A stretch of DNA of 64,000 nt from Verrucomicrobiales bacterium (GCA_031256975.1 JAIRPN010000015.1:152648-216647); one strand, 5' to 3'; positions 48,907 to 58,354 are shown, counted from the stretch's first letter. Program-made: numbers and translations. The notes: a model not told the origin generated them from the sequence alone.

Positions 48907-49920
48907 ATGGCTCGTCCCTCTCCCTTAAAGAGACCTTCACAACAACTCATCACTCGGCCGCCGCTAGACCGGATGCAACGGATTTTTGCGGCACTAAAAG
49001 CGGGCAATGTGTGCGGGCGCTCGTCATTAGCGGCGGAGATCGAGGTAACGGAGAAGACCATTCAACGCGATATTGATTTTATGCGCGAGCGGTTGAATAT
49101 GCCGATTGCTTATAACCGGGCAAAGCAAAGCTACGAGTTTTCCGAGCCGATTGAAAACTTTCCAATGATTGAGTTGAGCGAATCGGAGCTGGTCGCAGTG
49201 TTCGTCGCGCAGAAGGCATTGGCGCAGTATCGTGGAACGCCGTTTGAGCATTCCCTGCGCGCGGCTTTCGAGAAGCTGACCTCCAATTTGCACGGGAAAA
49301 TCTCACTGTCGTGGGATGACTTGGACTCGCGGTTGTCCTTCCGCAATTTCGAGGCTTCGCCGCTGGATTTGAAAACCTTTCAGGCAGTCGGCGCGGCAGT
49401 CAGGAACGGCGTGTTGCTGGAATTTGATTACAAAAAGTCCGAATCGACAACCTATCAGCGCCGGGTCATCGAGCCGTATCACCTCGGCTGCGTGCAAAAC
49501 CGCTGGTATTGTTTCGGCGAGGATACCGCCAAGCGCGGCGAGATTCGCGTGTTCGTGTTGTCGCGCATGAAAAACGCCAGGTCCGGTGACCGCAAATTCA
49601 AGGCGGTACGAAAATTTTCCATCGAAAAGTATCTGCAAAACAGCTTTGGCGTCTTTAGCGGCAAGGAATCGCACAGGGTCTGCCTGTGGTTTGACGCCTT
49701 CGCCGCGCAATATGTCCGCGAACGCGCCTGGCATCCCAGCCAAAAAATCCGGGAACTCGCCAATGGTGAACTGGAATTGAGCCTGCAATTGTCCGACCTC
49801 GCGGAGATCGAGCAATGGATTCTCAGCTGGGGAGCCCACGCCAAGGCCCTGGCTCCCAGGGCGCTAATCACAAGGTTGCGGGAAACCATCCGCAAACAAG
49901 GCAACTATTACGGCTGTTGA
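48907..49920 (+). CDS. HTH-WYL-WCX transcriptional regulator (BrxR/CapW/PafBC-like architecture)
   Basis: N-terminal DeoR/HTH_11-like region (RMQRIFAALKAG...EKTIQRDIDFMRE), central WYL-type domain (RRVIEPYHLGCVQNRWYCFG...IRVFVLSRM) and a C-terminal WCX-like extension. Starts 26 nt after gene C. Confidence 0.85.
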   Translation: MARPSPLKRPSQQLITRPPLDRMQRIFAALKAGNVCGRSSLAAEIEVTEKTIQRDIDFMRERLNMPIAYNRAKQSYEFSEPIENFPMIELSESELVAVFVAQKALAQYRGTPFEHSLRAAFEKLTSNLHGKISLSWDDLDSRLSFRNFEASPLDLKTFQAVGAAVRNGVLLEFDYKKSESTTYQRRVIEPYHLGCVQNRWYCFGEDTAKRGEIRVFVLSRMKNARSGDRKFKAVRKFSIEKYLQNSFGVFSGKESHRVCLWFDAFAAQYVRERAWHPSQKIRELANGELELSLQLSDLAEIEQWILSWGAHAKALAPRALITRLRETIRKQGNYYGC

Positions 49921-49930
49921 CGGTTGAATC

Positions 49931-50143
49931 GGTTGCAAAACGCCCTGTTCCCCCTTCGGTTAAGGGTTGCAACCTGTTTGATAAAGGCTTTGTCAGGCTT
50001 GGTTATGAGCTGGTTCAGGCTTGATAAGCCTTTTATCAAGTCCGTTAAGCCTTGGTTCAATCCCAACAAGATCTTTGTCCAAGTCGGACAAAGCTTACTT
50101 CAAACTCGCCAAGGCCTTGTTCAAGCTTGAACCAAGGCTTAAC
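49931..50143. other. 213-nt element of three consecutive hairpin domains (candidate structured ncRNA or protein-binding array)
   Basis: SL1 pairs GGTTGCAA (49931-38) with TTGCAACC (49967-74) and encloses CCCTTcggttAAGGG. SL2 pairs TTGATAAAGGCTT (49978-90) with AAGCCTTTTATCAA (50026-39). SL3 is a perfect 17-bp IR, GTTAAGCCTTGGTTCAA (50044-60) with TTGAACCAAGGCTTAAC (50127-43), enclosing CTTTGTCCaagtcGGACAAAG and the palindrome GTTCAAGCTTGAAC. Confidence 0.55.
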
Positions 50144-50268
50144 CAGGCAGGAAAACCGGAAAAACCCTCCATCTTCCCCTTTGTCACGGTCAAAAAACGT
50201 TAAATTACCGTGAAATATTTTGTTTTCTTTCCACCTCGAACCCCTAATCTTTTCGCATTCACAAGCAC

Positions 50269-51303
50269 ATGAAAAAGAGCACCAAATCCAAAAAGGCCTA
50301 TGCCGCGGCCGGCGTAGACATTGACCTCGGCAACAAAGTTAAGTCCGGCATCGGCGCCCGCATCGCCTCGACCCACCGCAAAGAGGTCCTGAGCAAAATC
50401 GGCGGCTTCGGTGGCCTGTTCCGCGCGGATTTCAAGGGTTACAAGGAACCGGTGCTGGTCAGTAGCGTGGACGGCGTCGGCACCAAGCTGAAAATCGCCA
50501 CCATGCTCAACCGCCACGACACCATCGGCCAGGACTTGGTCAATCATTGCGTGAACGACATCGCCGTGGTCGGTGCGGAACCGCTGTTTTTCCTCGATTA
50601 CGTCGGCACTGGCAAACTTGAGCCGAAGACTTTCAATCAAATCCTCAGCGGCCTGGCCGTGGCTTGTAAAGAAGCCGGCTGCGCCCTCATCGGTGGTGAA
50701 ACCGCACAGATGCCCGGCATTTACCAAGGCGGGGATTATGATTTGGTCGGTTGCATTGTCGGCGTGGTGGATCGTAAGAAAGCCATCGACGGCTCAAAGA
50801 TCAAAAAAGGCGACGTGATCATCGGGTTCCCGTCCTCCGGCCTGCACACCAATGGCTACAGCCTGGCGCGTGAAATTTTGTTCAACAAACTCGGCCTCCC
50901 GGTGCAAACCCCGCTGCCCGGCAGCAAACAGTCGCTCGGCGAAGCCTTGCTGATGCCGCACATCAATTACCAGCCCTTGCTGAAGAAACTCAGCAAGAAA
51001 GTCACCTTCAAGGGCCTGTCGCACATCACCGGCGGCGGCTTCGTCGACAACATTCCGCGCATCCTGCCGAAGAACGTCGATGCCGTCATCCACGTTGGCA
51101 CTTGGCCGACCCTGCCGGTTTTCGAATTACTCGAACAAAAAGGCGGCGTCGCGCGCGAGGAACTCTACCAAGTGTTCAATATGGGCATTGGCATGGTCGC
51201 CATCGTCAGCTCCAAGGACGCCCCAAAAGTTCTGGAACACAGCAAGTCCTACATCATCGGCCAGATCGAAAAAGGCAGCTGCAAGGTGCAGTTGAAGTTT
51301 TAG
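50269..51303 (+). CDS. purM: phosphoribosylformylglycinamidine cyclo-ligase (AIR synthetase)
   Basis: YAAAGVDIDLGN, DGVGTKL and GGETAQMPG motifs. Confidence 0.95.
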   Translation: MKKSTKSKKAYAAAGVDIDLGNKVKSGIGARIASTHRKEVLSKIGGFGGLFRADFKGYKEPVLVSSVDGVGTKLKIATMLNRHDTIGQDLVNHCVNDIAVVGAEPLFFLDYVGTGKLEPKTFNQILSGLAVACKEAGCALIGGETAQMPGIYQGGDYDLVGCIVGVVDRKKAIDGSKIKKGDVIIGFPSSGLHTNGYSLAREILFNKLGLPVQTPLPGSKQSLGEALLMPHINYQPLLKKLSKKVTFKGLSHITGGGFVDNIPRILPKNVDAVIHVGTWPTLPVFELLEQKGGVAREELYQVFNMGIGMVAIVSSKDAPKVLEHSKSYIIGQIEKGSCKVQLKF

Positions 51304-51743
51304 TTCACCGCAGAGGCGCGGAGACGCGGAGTTTTATTGGATGGAGCAACTGACAGGACAGATTATTGCTTCGGCGATTGAAGTTCATCGTCATTTAGGA
51401 CCTGGGCTTCTGGAATCGACTTACGAAGAATGTTTGGCCCGAGAATTTGAACTGAAAGAGCTTCCGTTCAACCGCCAAGTGACCTTGCCAGTTACATACA
51501 AAGGACAATCTCTCGATTGTGGTTACCGCATGGATTTTGTGGTAAATGATAAGATTATCCTCGAACTAAAGGCTGTCGAAAAATTTGAACCCATTCATCA
51601 AGCCCAGTTGCTTACTTACTTGAAATTATCAAACAGACAACTCGGGTTGCTCATTAATTTTAACGTCCCCTTGTTAAAACAAGGCATCAAACGAATAGCC
51701 AACAACTATCAAACCTCTGCGTCCTCCGCGCCTCTGCGGTGAA
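51304..51743 (+). mobile_element. inverted-repeat-bounded single-gene cassette (GxxExxY passenger) inserted between purM and purH
   Basis: Arms are TTCACCGCAGAGGCGCGGAGACGCGGAGTTTTA (51304-36) and AAACCTCTGCGTCCTCCGCGCCTCTGCGGTGAA (51711-43). The cassette begins 1 nt after the purM stop and ends 10 nt before the purH ATG. Confidence 0.65.
51341..51742 (+). CDS. GxxExxY protein (PD-(D/E)XK-like small protein family)
   Basis: GPGLLESTYEECL (G-x-x-E-x-x-Y) and DFVVNDKIILELKAV, typical of the family. The last 10 codons (...TSASSAPLR) are encoded by the repeat arm. Confidence 0.85.
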   Translation: MEQLTGQIIASAIEVHRHLGPGLLESTYEECLAREFELKELPFNRQVTLPVTYKGQSLDCGYRMDFVVNDKIILELKAVEKFEPIHQAQLLTYLKLSNRQLGLLINFNVPLLKQGIKRIANNYQTSASSAPLR

Positions 51744-51753
51744 CAATAAATTT

Positions 51754-53286
51754 ATGATTAAAAATGCCCTCCTCTCCGTATCCGACAAAACCGGACTCTT
51801 GGAATTTGCCAAATTCCTGGTCTCCAAGAAAGTTCACCTGATCTCCACCGGCGGCACTGCCAAGCTGTTGCAGGAAAACGGCCTGCCGGTGCAGGAAATC
51901 TCGGATTACACCGGGTTCCCTGAAATGATGGACGGCCGCGTCAAAACCTTGCACCCGAAGGTGCATGGCGGTTTGCTGCATTTGCGCGATAACCCGGAAC
52001 ATGTCAAACAGGCGGGCGCGCATAACATCGAGCCGATCGATCTGGTGGTCGTCAATTTGTATCCCTTCGAGCAGACCCTTGCCAAGCCCGGCGTCAGTCA
52101 TGAGGTGTTGATTGAAAATATCGACATCGGCGGCCCAAGCATGCTGCGCAGCGCGTCGAAGAACTATCGCAGCGTCACCGTTATCGTCGATCCCGCCGAT
52201 TACGCCAAGGTGCAGAAGGAACTCGAGGCTAACGGCGAAACCTCGTCCGTCACTCGCGAAAAACTCGCCGCCAAGGTGTTCCGTCACACTGCCTATTACG
52301 ATTCACTAATCGCAAAATATCTGACCGGTAAAGCCGAGTCGGAAAATCCGGTACTGCAGGAAAGCGTCACCCTCAGCGGCCGCCTCGCCCAGCCTTTGCG
52401 CTACGGCGAAAACCCGATCCAAAAGGCCGGTCTCTACGGCGATTTCCACAAACATTTCCACCAGATCCACGGCAAGGAATTGTCCTACAACAATATCATC
52501 GACATTAGCGCCGCGGTGAATTTGATCCGCGAATTCGACACGCTAACACTGGCGATCCTCAAACACACCAACCCCTGCGGTGTCGGTTCGGGCAAGGACT
52601 TGCGCGAGGCCTGGGATCATGCCTATGCCACCGACAAACAAGCCCCCTTCGGCGGCATCATCGTGATGAACCGCACCCTGGATCTACCGGTTGCACAGGC
52701 TATCTCCGAAATCTTCAGCGAAGTAATTATCGCGCCGGAATTCGCTCCTGACGCCAAGGAATTGCTGATGAAGAAAAAGAATCTGCGCCTGATCGAAAAT
52801 AAATACCAATCGACTGGCGCTAATTATGATTTTCACTCCGTGCTCGGCGGCATCGTCGCGCAGGAAAGCGACAGCGCACCGGATGATGAATCCCAATGGA
52901 AAGTCGTCACCAAGCGTCAGCCCACCAACGACGAACTCGCTGCCTTACGCTTCGGTTGGAAAGTGGTCAAGCACGTCAAATCCAACGCCATCGTCTACGC
53001 CGCTAACGGCCAAACCATCGGTATCGGTGCCGGACAAATGTCACGTGTGGATTCCTCAAAGATCGCCGTCTGGAAAGCGGGCGAAGCCAAATTGTCGCTC
53101 AAGGGCAGCATCATCGCCAGCGACGCCTTCTTCCCCTTTGCTGACGGCATCCAGGCCGCCGCTGAAGCGGGGGCCATTGCCGCCATCCAGCCGGGTGGCA
53201 GCGTGCGCGACGCCGAGGTCATCGAGGCCGCCGACAAGGCCGGCATGGCAATGATCTTCACCGGCCGCCGCCACTTCCGTCATTGA
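51754..53286 (+). CDS. purH: bifunctional AICAR transformylase / IMP cyclohydrolase
   Basis: [16 protein letters not shown]-terminus, GRVKTLHP, and a C-terminal GGSVRD...[12 protein letters not shown] at 51754 preferred over the GTG at 51739. Confidence 0.95.
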   Translation: MIKNALLSVSDKTGLLEFAKFLVSKKVHLISTGGTAKLLQENGLPVQEISDYTGFPEMMDGRVKTLHPKVHGGLLHLRDNPEHVKQAGAHNIEPIDLVVVNLYPFEQTLAKPGVSHEVLIENIDIGGPSMLRSASKNYRSVTVIVDPADYAKVQKELEANGETSSVTREKLAAKVFRHTAYYDSLIAKYLTGKAESENPVLQESVTLSGRLAQPLRYGENPIQKAGLYGDFHKHFHQIHGKELSYNNIIDISAAVNLIREFDTLTLAILKHTNPCGVGSGKDLREAWDHAYATDKQAPFGGIIVMNRTLDLPVAQAISEIFSEVIIAPEFAPDAKELLMKKKNLRLIENKYQSTGANYDFHSVLGGIVAQESDSAPDDESQWKVVTKRQPTNDELAALRFGWKVVKHVKSNAIVYAANGQTIGIGAGQMSRVDSSKIAVWKAGEAKLSLKGSIIASDAFFPFADGIQAAAEAGAIAAIQPGGSVRDAEVIEAADKAGMAMIFTGRRHFRH

Positions 53287-53302
53287 TTTTACCATCAACA
53301 AT

Positions 53303-53337
53303 CAGGCACTAACGGTGAGACCCACCGTTAGCGCCTG
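53303..53337. terminator. bidirectional hairpin between purH and the convergent gene, built on the CTAACGGTG/CACCGTTAG motif
   Basis: CAGGCACTAACGGTG-agacc-CACCGTTAGCGCCTG, a 15-bp stem with one mismatch. Confidence 0.55.
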
Positions 53338-53352
53338 AACTGTTTTAAGTCT

Positions 53353-53814
53353 TCAAGCCTTTCCACCAAACGAGCAGTAATCATCCAAATCTATCAAGTC
53401 GAACCAAGTATTGATATCCTCGCGGGCCGGGCCGAATTTTTTCACCTCATTGGCGAAAAATTCCATCGTCTCCGCATCGCTGTCAGGACCACGGTGCAAA
53501 TGATATTCGCTCCACGCGATAATCTCCCACGGCTGGCGCTGATGCTTGGCATTCGCCTGAATCCAGGCCAACAATTCACTATCGCTAAGCCCCTTGGCGA
53601 TTTCCTTGGTCAATGCTTCATGATCGATGCCGGTGAAGTTGAAAAAATGCCGGTCCATGCCGGCGCCTTTGTAATGATATTCGCCCAGTTTGCCCGCCAA
53701 TGACGCGCGTCCCTTGTCAAGGATGCGCGGCAGCAGGACGTAGCCGCCCAGCTTGATGCGGGGACTGCGCGGCGGGCGTTGGGTCAGGTCGAAGAAAAAC
53801 AGATCGGTGCTCAT
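53353..53814 (-). CDS. DUF5069 domain protein
   Basis: RPPRSPRIKLGGYVLLPRILDKGRA N-terminal pattern, characteristic of DUF5069. Confidence 0.6.
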   Translation of the reverse strand: MSTDLFFFDLTQRPPRSPRIKLGGYVLLPRILDKGRASLAGKLGEYHYKGAGMDRHFFNFTGIDHEALTKEIAKGLSDSELLAWIQANAKHQRQPWEIIAWSEYHLHRGPDSDAETMEFFANEVKKFGPAREDINTWFDLIDLDDYCSFGGKA

Positions 53815-53835
53815 GGCCGGTTTCGTGGTTGGCGG

Positions 53836-54591
53836 TCAATATTGTCCGCCGGAAACCAGCAGCGTTTGCCCGGTGATCCAGCCGGCCTCATCCGAGGCCA
53901 GGAACACCGCCACCTTGCCGATATCGTCCGGCTGTCCGATGCGGCCCAACGGAGTCTGTGCCGCGATCATTTTATGAAAATCCGTGCCGATAAATCCGGC
54001 GCTGTGCACCCCTTCGGTTTCGATCATGCCCGGATTGAGCGAATTGACGCGGATTTTCTTCGGTCCAAGTTCCTTGGCCAGCGCCTTGCTGACCGCGTCC
54101 ACCGCCCCCTTGGTGGCGCTGTAAACCGAGGCTGTCGCGACCGGATGTACCCCGGCAACCGAACTGATGTTGATCACCGCGCCGCCATCGGCGGGGAAAT
54201 GCTCCACGGCCTTCTGGGTGGTGAGAATCAGGCCGAGCACATTCAAGTCAAACTGCTTGTGGAAATGCTCGGCGGTGACATTTTCCAACGGGGCGAATTC
54301 GTAAATCCCGGCGTTGTTGACCAGGATGTCGACTTTGCCAAACGCCTTTTTGGTCTCGTCGAACAAACGGTTGATATCCGCCTGCTTCGAGACATCCCCC
54401 TGCACCGCCACGGCTTTTCCGCCGGCCTTGATAATTTTCCCGACCACCTTGTCCGCCCCCGCCTTGCTGGAGGCATAGTTAACCACCACGGACGCGCCGG
54501 CTTCGGCCAGACGCTCGGCAATGGAGGCGCCGATGCCTTTTGATGCGCCGGTAACCACGGCGACTTTTCCTGCCAGTTTGTTGCTGCTCAT
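53836..54591 (-). CDS. SDR family oxidoreductase (FabG-like)
   Basis: TGASKGIG cofactor motif, NNAG, and YSATKGAV catalytic motif. Confidence 0.85.
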   Translation of the reverse strand: MSSNKLAGKVAVVTGASKGIGASIAERLAEAGASVVVNYASSKAGADKVVGKIIKAGGKAVAVQGDVSKQADINRLFDETKKAFGKVDILVNNAGIYEFAPLENVTAEHFHKQFDLNVLGLILTTQKAVEHFPADGGAVINISSVAGVHPVATASVYSATKGAVDAVSKALAKELGPKKIRVNSLNPGMIETEGVHSAGFIGTDFHKMIAAQTPLGRIGQPDDIGKVAVFLASDEAGWITGQTLLVSGGQY

Positions 54592-54791
54592 AATTTTACT
54601 CCCTCTGTTGTTTGTTTCCCCATCTGTTCGATATTCATCGAACAGATCGACAGCGTAGTTGCGTTTGTCATTTTGTCAAACGGCGGACGATGAAATTTCC
54701 ACCGGTTTTCTGTTGCTTCCAGAGCCCCAAATACTTGCGCGGCGAAAATATTGCTTATTAGTCTCGTTGCGCTACACTGTTAGCTCAATTT

Positions 54792-56291
54792 ATGAAATCC
54801 AAATCGGACATCGGACTTATCGGCTTGGCTGTTATGGGCCAAAACCTTGCTCTTAATATTGCGGATCACGGGTTCCAAATCTCTGTTTATAACCGTACCA
54901 CGGCGAAAACCGACGAATTTGTTGCCGGGCATCCCGGCACGCCCGGCGGTTTGGTGGGCACCAAGACCCTGGAGGAATTTGTCTCGTCATTGGCGACTCC
55001 GCGCAAAATCGTCATCCTGGTGCAGGCCGGCAAGGCCACCGATGCGGTGATCGACGGTTTGGTGCCGTTGCTGCAACAGGGCGACATCATCATCGACGGC
55101 GGCAACTCCCTCTACGAAGATACCATCCGCCGCGAAAAAGATTTGAAGGCCAAAGGCCTGCGCTTCGTCGGTTCCGGCGTTAGCGGCGGCGAAGAAGGTG
55201 CCCGTTTCGGCCCAAGTTTGATGCCCGGCGGCGATCTCGAATCGTGGAAGGAACTCGAACCGATCTGGAAGGCTGTCGCGGCCAAGGTTGATGCCGCCAC
55301 CGGCAAGCCGATCGAAGGGGCCGCTCCCGGCAAGCCCGTCCAAGGCGGCGTGCCCTGCACCACCTACATCGGACCCAACGGCGCTGGTCACTACGTCAAG
55401 ATGGTGCACAACGGCATCGAGTACGGCGACATGCAGTTGATCTGCGAAGCCTACAACATCCTGCGCCACGGCGTCGGCCTCAGCGTTAGCGAACTGCACG
55501 ATGTTTTTACCGAATGGAACAACGGCGATCTCGATTCATTCCTGATTGAAATCACCGGCAAGATTCTCGGTTTCAAGGACCCGGTTACCGGCGCTCCCGC
55601 CGTGGACGTAATCCTCGATCGTGCCGGACAAAAAGGCACCGGCAAATGGACCATCAACTCCGCATTGGACATGGGCATCCCGGCTTCGACCATGTCGGAA
55701 GCCGTGTTCGCCCGCTGCTTGTCGGCGTTGAAGGACGAGCGCGTCGCCGCCGCCAAGGTGCTCAAGGGACCCGCTAACAGCCAGTTCGAAGGTAACAAGG
55801 CCGAATTGATCCAGGCCGTGCGCGATTCATTGTACGCTTCGAAGATTTGTTCCTACGCCCAAGGCTTCGCGCTGATGCGCGCCGCGTCGGAACAGTACAA
55901 CTGGAACCTGAACTACGGCGAGATCGCCATGATCTTCCGTGGCGGTTGCATCATCCGCGCCCGCTTTCTGCAGCGCATCAAGGACGCCTTCGACAAGAAC
56001 GCCAAATTGCCGAACCTGCTGCTCGATCCTTACTTCAAGGACATCATCGAGAAGACCCAGCATAACTGGCGCCGCATCGTCTCGCAGGCCGCGCTGACCG
56101 GCATCCCGGTTCCGGCCTACAGCGCGTCGTTAGCGTACTTTGACAGCTACCGCAGCGAACGCCTGCCCGCCAACCTGCTGCAAGCGCAACGCGACTACTT
56201 CGGCTCACACACCTACGAACGTGTGGACCAGCCGCGCGGCAAGTTCTTCCACCTCGACTGGGTGGGCGACAAACAGCAGCATGACGCCTGA
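54792..56291 (+). CDS. gnd: 6-phosphogluconate dehydrogenase, decarboxylating
   Basis: [28 protein letters not shown], and C-terminal [17 protein letters not shown]. Confidence 0.9.
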   Translation: MKSKSDIGLIGLAVMGQNLALNIADHGFQISVYNRTTAKTDEFVAGHPGTPGGLVGTKTLEEFVSSLATPRKIVILVQAGKATDAVIDGLVPLLQQGDIIIDGGNSLYEDTIRREKDLKAKGLRFVGSGVSGGEEGARFGPSLMPGGDLESWKELEPIWKAVAAKVDAATGKPIEGAAPGKPVQGGVPCTTYIGPNGAGHYVKMVHNGIEYGDMQLICEAYNILRHGVGLSVSELHDVFTEWNNGDLDSFLIEITGKILGFKDPVTGAPAVDVILDRAGQKGTGKWTINSALDMGIPASTMSEAVFARCLSALKDERVAAAKVLKGPANSQFEGNKAELIQAVRDSLYASKICSYAQGFALMRAASEQYNWNLNYGEIAMIFRGGCIIRARFLQRIKDAFDKNAKLPNLLLDPYFKDIIEKTQHNWRRIVSQAALTGIPVPAYSASLAYFDSYRSERLPANLLQAQRDYFGSHTYERVDQPRGKFFHLDWVGDKQQHDA

Positions 56292-56829
56292 TCCTTCAGC
56301 TTCACTAAAAAAGCGCGACGCCCAACCGTCGCGCTTTTTTCTTGTGATGGGGGTGAGCGGTTGCGGCAAAAGTACCCTGGCCCGCGCGCTGGCGGAAAAG
56401 TTTTCCGGCATTTATCTGGAGGGTGATGATTTTCATTCTGCTGCCAACAAGGAAAAGATGTCCGCTGGAATCCCGCTCGATGACCAAGACCGAAGTTCGT
56501 GGTTGGCCTCGCTCAACACCGAGTTAAAAAAACACGCTAATGGCGAAACACCTGTTTTTCTCGCCGGTTCCGCGTTGAAACGGACTTACCGTGACCAGCT
56601 CACCGGAGGTTTACCGGCACCGCTAACGGTGATTTATCTCAAGGGTTCTTTCGAATTGATCCGTTCGCGGTTAGCGTCCCGCAGCGGGCATTTCATGCCT
56701 CCCGCCTTGTTGCAATCCCAGTTCGATATTCTGGAAGAACCTGAGGCGGCATTGGTGCTGGATGTCTCCACCCCGCTTGCCGGGCTGGTGCGGCAGGCCT
56801 GCTCGTTTATAGGCGGTAATGACCGATGA
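56281..56829 (+). CDS. gluconokinase
   Basis: Start at ATG 56281, an 11-nt overlap with gnd. [11 protein letters not shown]-loop followed by GDDFHS...NKEKM, typical of GntK/IdnK. Confidence 0.8.
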   Translation: MTPDPSASLKKRDAQPSRFFLVMGVSGCGKSTLARALAEKFSGIYLEGDDFHSAANKEKMSAGIPLDDQDRSSWLASLNTELKKHANGETPVFLAGSALKRTYRDQLTGGLPAPLTVIYLKGSFELIRSRLASRSGHFMPPALLQSQFDILEEPEAALVLDVSTPLAGLVRQACSFIGGNDR

Positions 56830-57397
56830 TCTTATATTGGAACAGCACGCCGGAATCTTCCTGCGCCCCGTTGCCAATGTTGTGGATCATCAATGGTTCG
56901 CCGTTGGCGGATTTTTTATTTGAGACAATGCCGATGTGCGGCAGGAACCCGTTCGGATTCAGGTTCCATGCCGCGATGTCCCCCGCCAGATAATCACGTC
57001 CGTCGGCGCTAATGGCGACAGCGTTGCCACGCCGGGTGAAATAAGCCATCAGATTCGGCACGCGCCGATGATCGATATTAGCGTCAGGATTTTTCAAGCC
57101 CCAGCGCTGAGGATATTTGCTGAAATTTTTTACCATGTCGTCATGCACCAGTTTTTGCAAATCGATACCCTGCCCGCGCAGGGCGCGCACGACGACATCG
57201 GCGCAGACTCCCGTTTCGGGCGGCACGTCGCCGTTCGGATAAGCCAAGCTGCGGTAGGCGGGGTCGTAAGTCAAAGTGACACCGACTTGCTTGCGCGCGT
57301 CGACCACCAGACGGTCCGCATCGACGCCCAACGGTTCCGCTAACAATGAGGCGCAAAACACCGCTGCTAACGACCAAATTGCCAATGCAGTTTTCAT
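56807..57397 (-). CDS. DUF1287 domain protein (secreted)
   Basis: Signal peptide from MKTALAIW. TLTYDPAYRSLAYPNGDVP...GVCADVV pattern of DUF1287. Its start lies 1 nt after the LysR gene stop. Confidence 0.7.
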   Translation of the reverse strand: MKTALAIWSLAAVFCASLLAEPLGVDADRLVVDARKQVGVTLTYDPAYRSLAYPNGDVPPETGVCADVVVRALRGQGIDLQKLVHDDMVKNFSKYPQRWGLKNPDANIDHRRVPNLMAYFTRRGNAVAISADGRDYLAGDIAAWNLNPNGFLPHIGIVSNKKSANGEPLMIHNIGNGAQEDSGVLFQYKIIGHYRL

Positions 57398-57398
57398 C

Positions 57399-58280
57399 TC
57401 AGCTATTCTCAAATTGCTTGGCGCGCAGTTTCAACTCTTCCAGGAATTGCGCCGGAACCTCGGGCAATTTTCCTTTCCACAAGGCCGCCACCGGCAGTTG
57501 CGGGAAACGCTTCAATTCCAATACCCGGACATTGTCGGGAATCACCGCCAATGGCGAAGCCACCACCAAACCCGCGCCCAAGCCATAGGAGACATAACGC
57601 GCCACCAGGTCGGTCGAGTTCACCTCGATGCTCACCGGCCAGTGCAACTTGCGTTGTTGCAATTCCCCCATGAACAGGCGGGTCAACAACTCCCGGCCCG
57701 GCAATGACACCAGGCGCAACTGTCCCGCCGCGCCCGCCTTGAGCGCCTCATTGGCGGATTGCCAGGAGGACTCGCGCGGCACCAGCAGGAGCTGCGGCAA
57801 ACTCGCCAGTTTCAACATATGAATTCCCGATGGCGCCTTGCCGTCCTGCACCACGATCGCCACGTCCACCTCCCCGCGCTCCAGCAAAGTCTGCGCCTGA
57901 TTGCTGTCCGCTTCGCTCAACTGTAATTGCAGCTTGGGAAACTTTCGCTCCATCTGCTGCAGCAATGCGGGCAGATGATCCCGCATCAATTGCGTCGGTC
58001 CCGCCAGACGCAGTCGCTTGGCCAATTTCCCCGTCAGCGTATCCTTGACGTCGCCGAGCTGACCGAAGAAGGGTTGGATGAATTCAAACAACAGACGCCC
58101 GCCGTCGGTCAATGCGAAGGGCTTCCGCTCAAACAACTTCAAGCCCAGCTCCTCTTCCAGCTGGATCAACTGGGCGCTAACGGCAGGTTGTTGCACGCCG
58201 TATGGAATATGACGGCAGGCGTTGGAAACACCCTGGTATTTGGCCACATAGTAGAATAATTCAAGATGGTGCGTGTTCAT
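57399..58280 (-). CDS. LysR family transcriptional regulator
   Basis: N-terminal HTH (LELFYYVAKYQGVSNACRHIPYGVQQPAVSAQLIQLEEELG) plus a LysR substrate-binding domain. Confidence 0.85.
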   Translation of the reverse strand: MNTHHLELFYYVAKYQGVSNACRHIPYGVQQPAVSAQLIQLEEELGLKLFERKPFALTDGGRLLFEFIQPFFGQLGDVKDTLTGKLAKRLRLAGPTQLMRDHLPALLQQMERKFPKLQLQLSEADSNQAQTLLERGEVDVAIVVQDGKAPSGIHMLKLASLPQLLLVPRESSWQSANEALKAGAAGQLRLVSLPGRELLTRLFMGELQQRKLHWPVSIEVNSTDLVARYVSYGLGAGLVVASPLAVIPDNVRVLELKRFPQLPVAALWKGKLPEVPAQFLEELKLRAKQFENS

Positions 58281-58301
58281 ATCATTGATATATTCAATGA
58301 T
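58281..58301. promoter_or_regulatory. 21-bp palindrome ATCATTGA-N5-TCAATGAT (LysR T-N11-A type box)
   Basis: Perfect 8-bp arms abutting the LysR start codon, in the divergent intergenic region shared with the acyltransferase gene. Confidence 0.55.
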
Positions 58302-58354
58302 ATCTAGTTTATTATCGATTTCAAGAATAAATCAGGGCGTGGCATTTTATAGCC

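Noticed and set aside
49994-50066. tRNA-like fragments: AGCTGGTT (D-loop-like), an AGGC-TTGATAA-GCCT hairpin resembling a tRNA-Ile(GAU) anticodon arm, and GGTTCAATCC (T-loop-like)
   Set aside because: No acceptor stem, the wrong spacing between arms (about 19 nt between the anticodon-like and T-like arms), and a mismatched T stem. At best this is a decayed remnant. I do not call it a tRNA or pseudogene.
49924-50130. 68-aa ORF (and the tail of ORF 49815..50024) with repeated ...LVQA endings inside the hairpin element
   Set aside because: The apparent peptide repeats are a by-product of the nucleotide inverted and direct repeats. The same word is read in two frames, each ending at a TGA within the repeat. 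There is no start context.
50044-50143. Integron attC-like reading of the 17-bp inverted repeat (GTTAAGC ... GCTTAAC resembles GTTRRRY / RYYYAAC core sites)
   Set aside because: The order is inverted relative to a real attC (RYYYAAC at the 5' end, GTTRRRY at the 3' end), and strand choice cannot fix this because the repeat is perfectly symmetric. No intI gene or cassette array is nearby.
49931-50143. CRISPR array or type III toxin-antitoxin RNA repeat interpretation of the repeated words
   Set aside because: The repeats are inverted and nested, not regularly spaced direct repeats with unique spacers. No cas or toxin gene follows.
50189-50216. Possible PurR-type operator upstream of purM (CACGGT...AAAACGTT...ACCGTG)
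   Set aside because: Only a 6-bp inverted repeat and a partial AAACGTT match to the enterobacterial pur box. This is too weak, and the taxon is probably inappropriate.
53779-54543. 254-aa plus-strand ORF opposite the SDR gene
   Set aside because: The SDR reading on the minus strand has canonical TGxxxGIG, NNAG and YxxxK motifs, and the plus-strand product has none.
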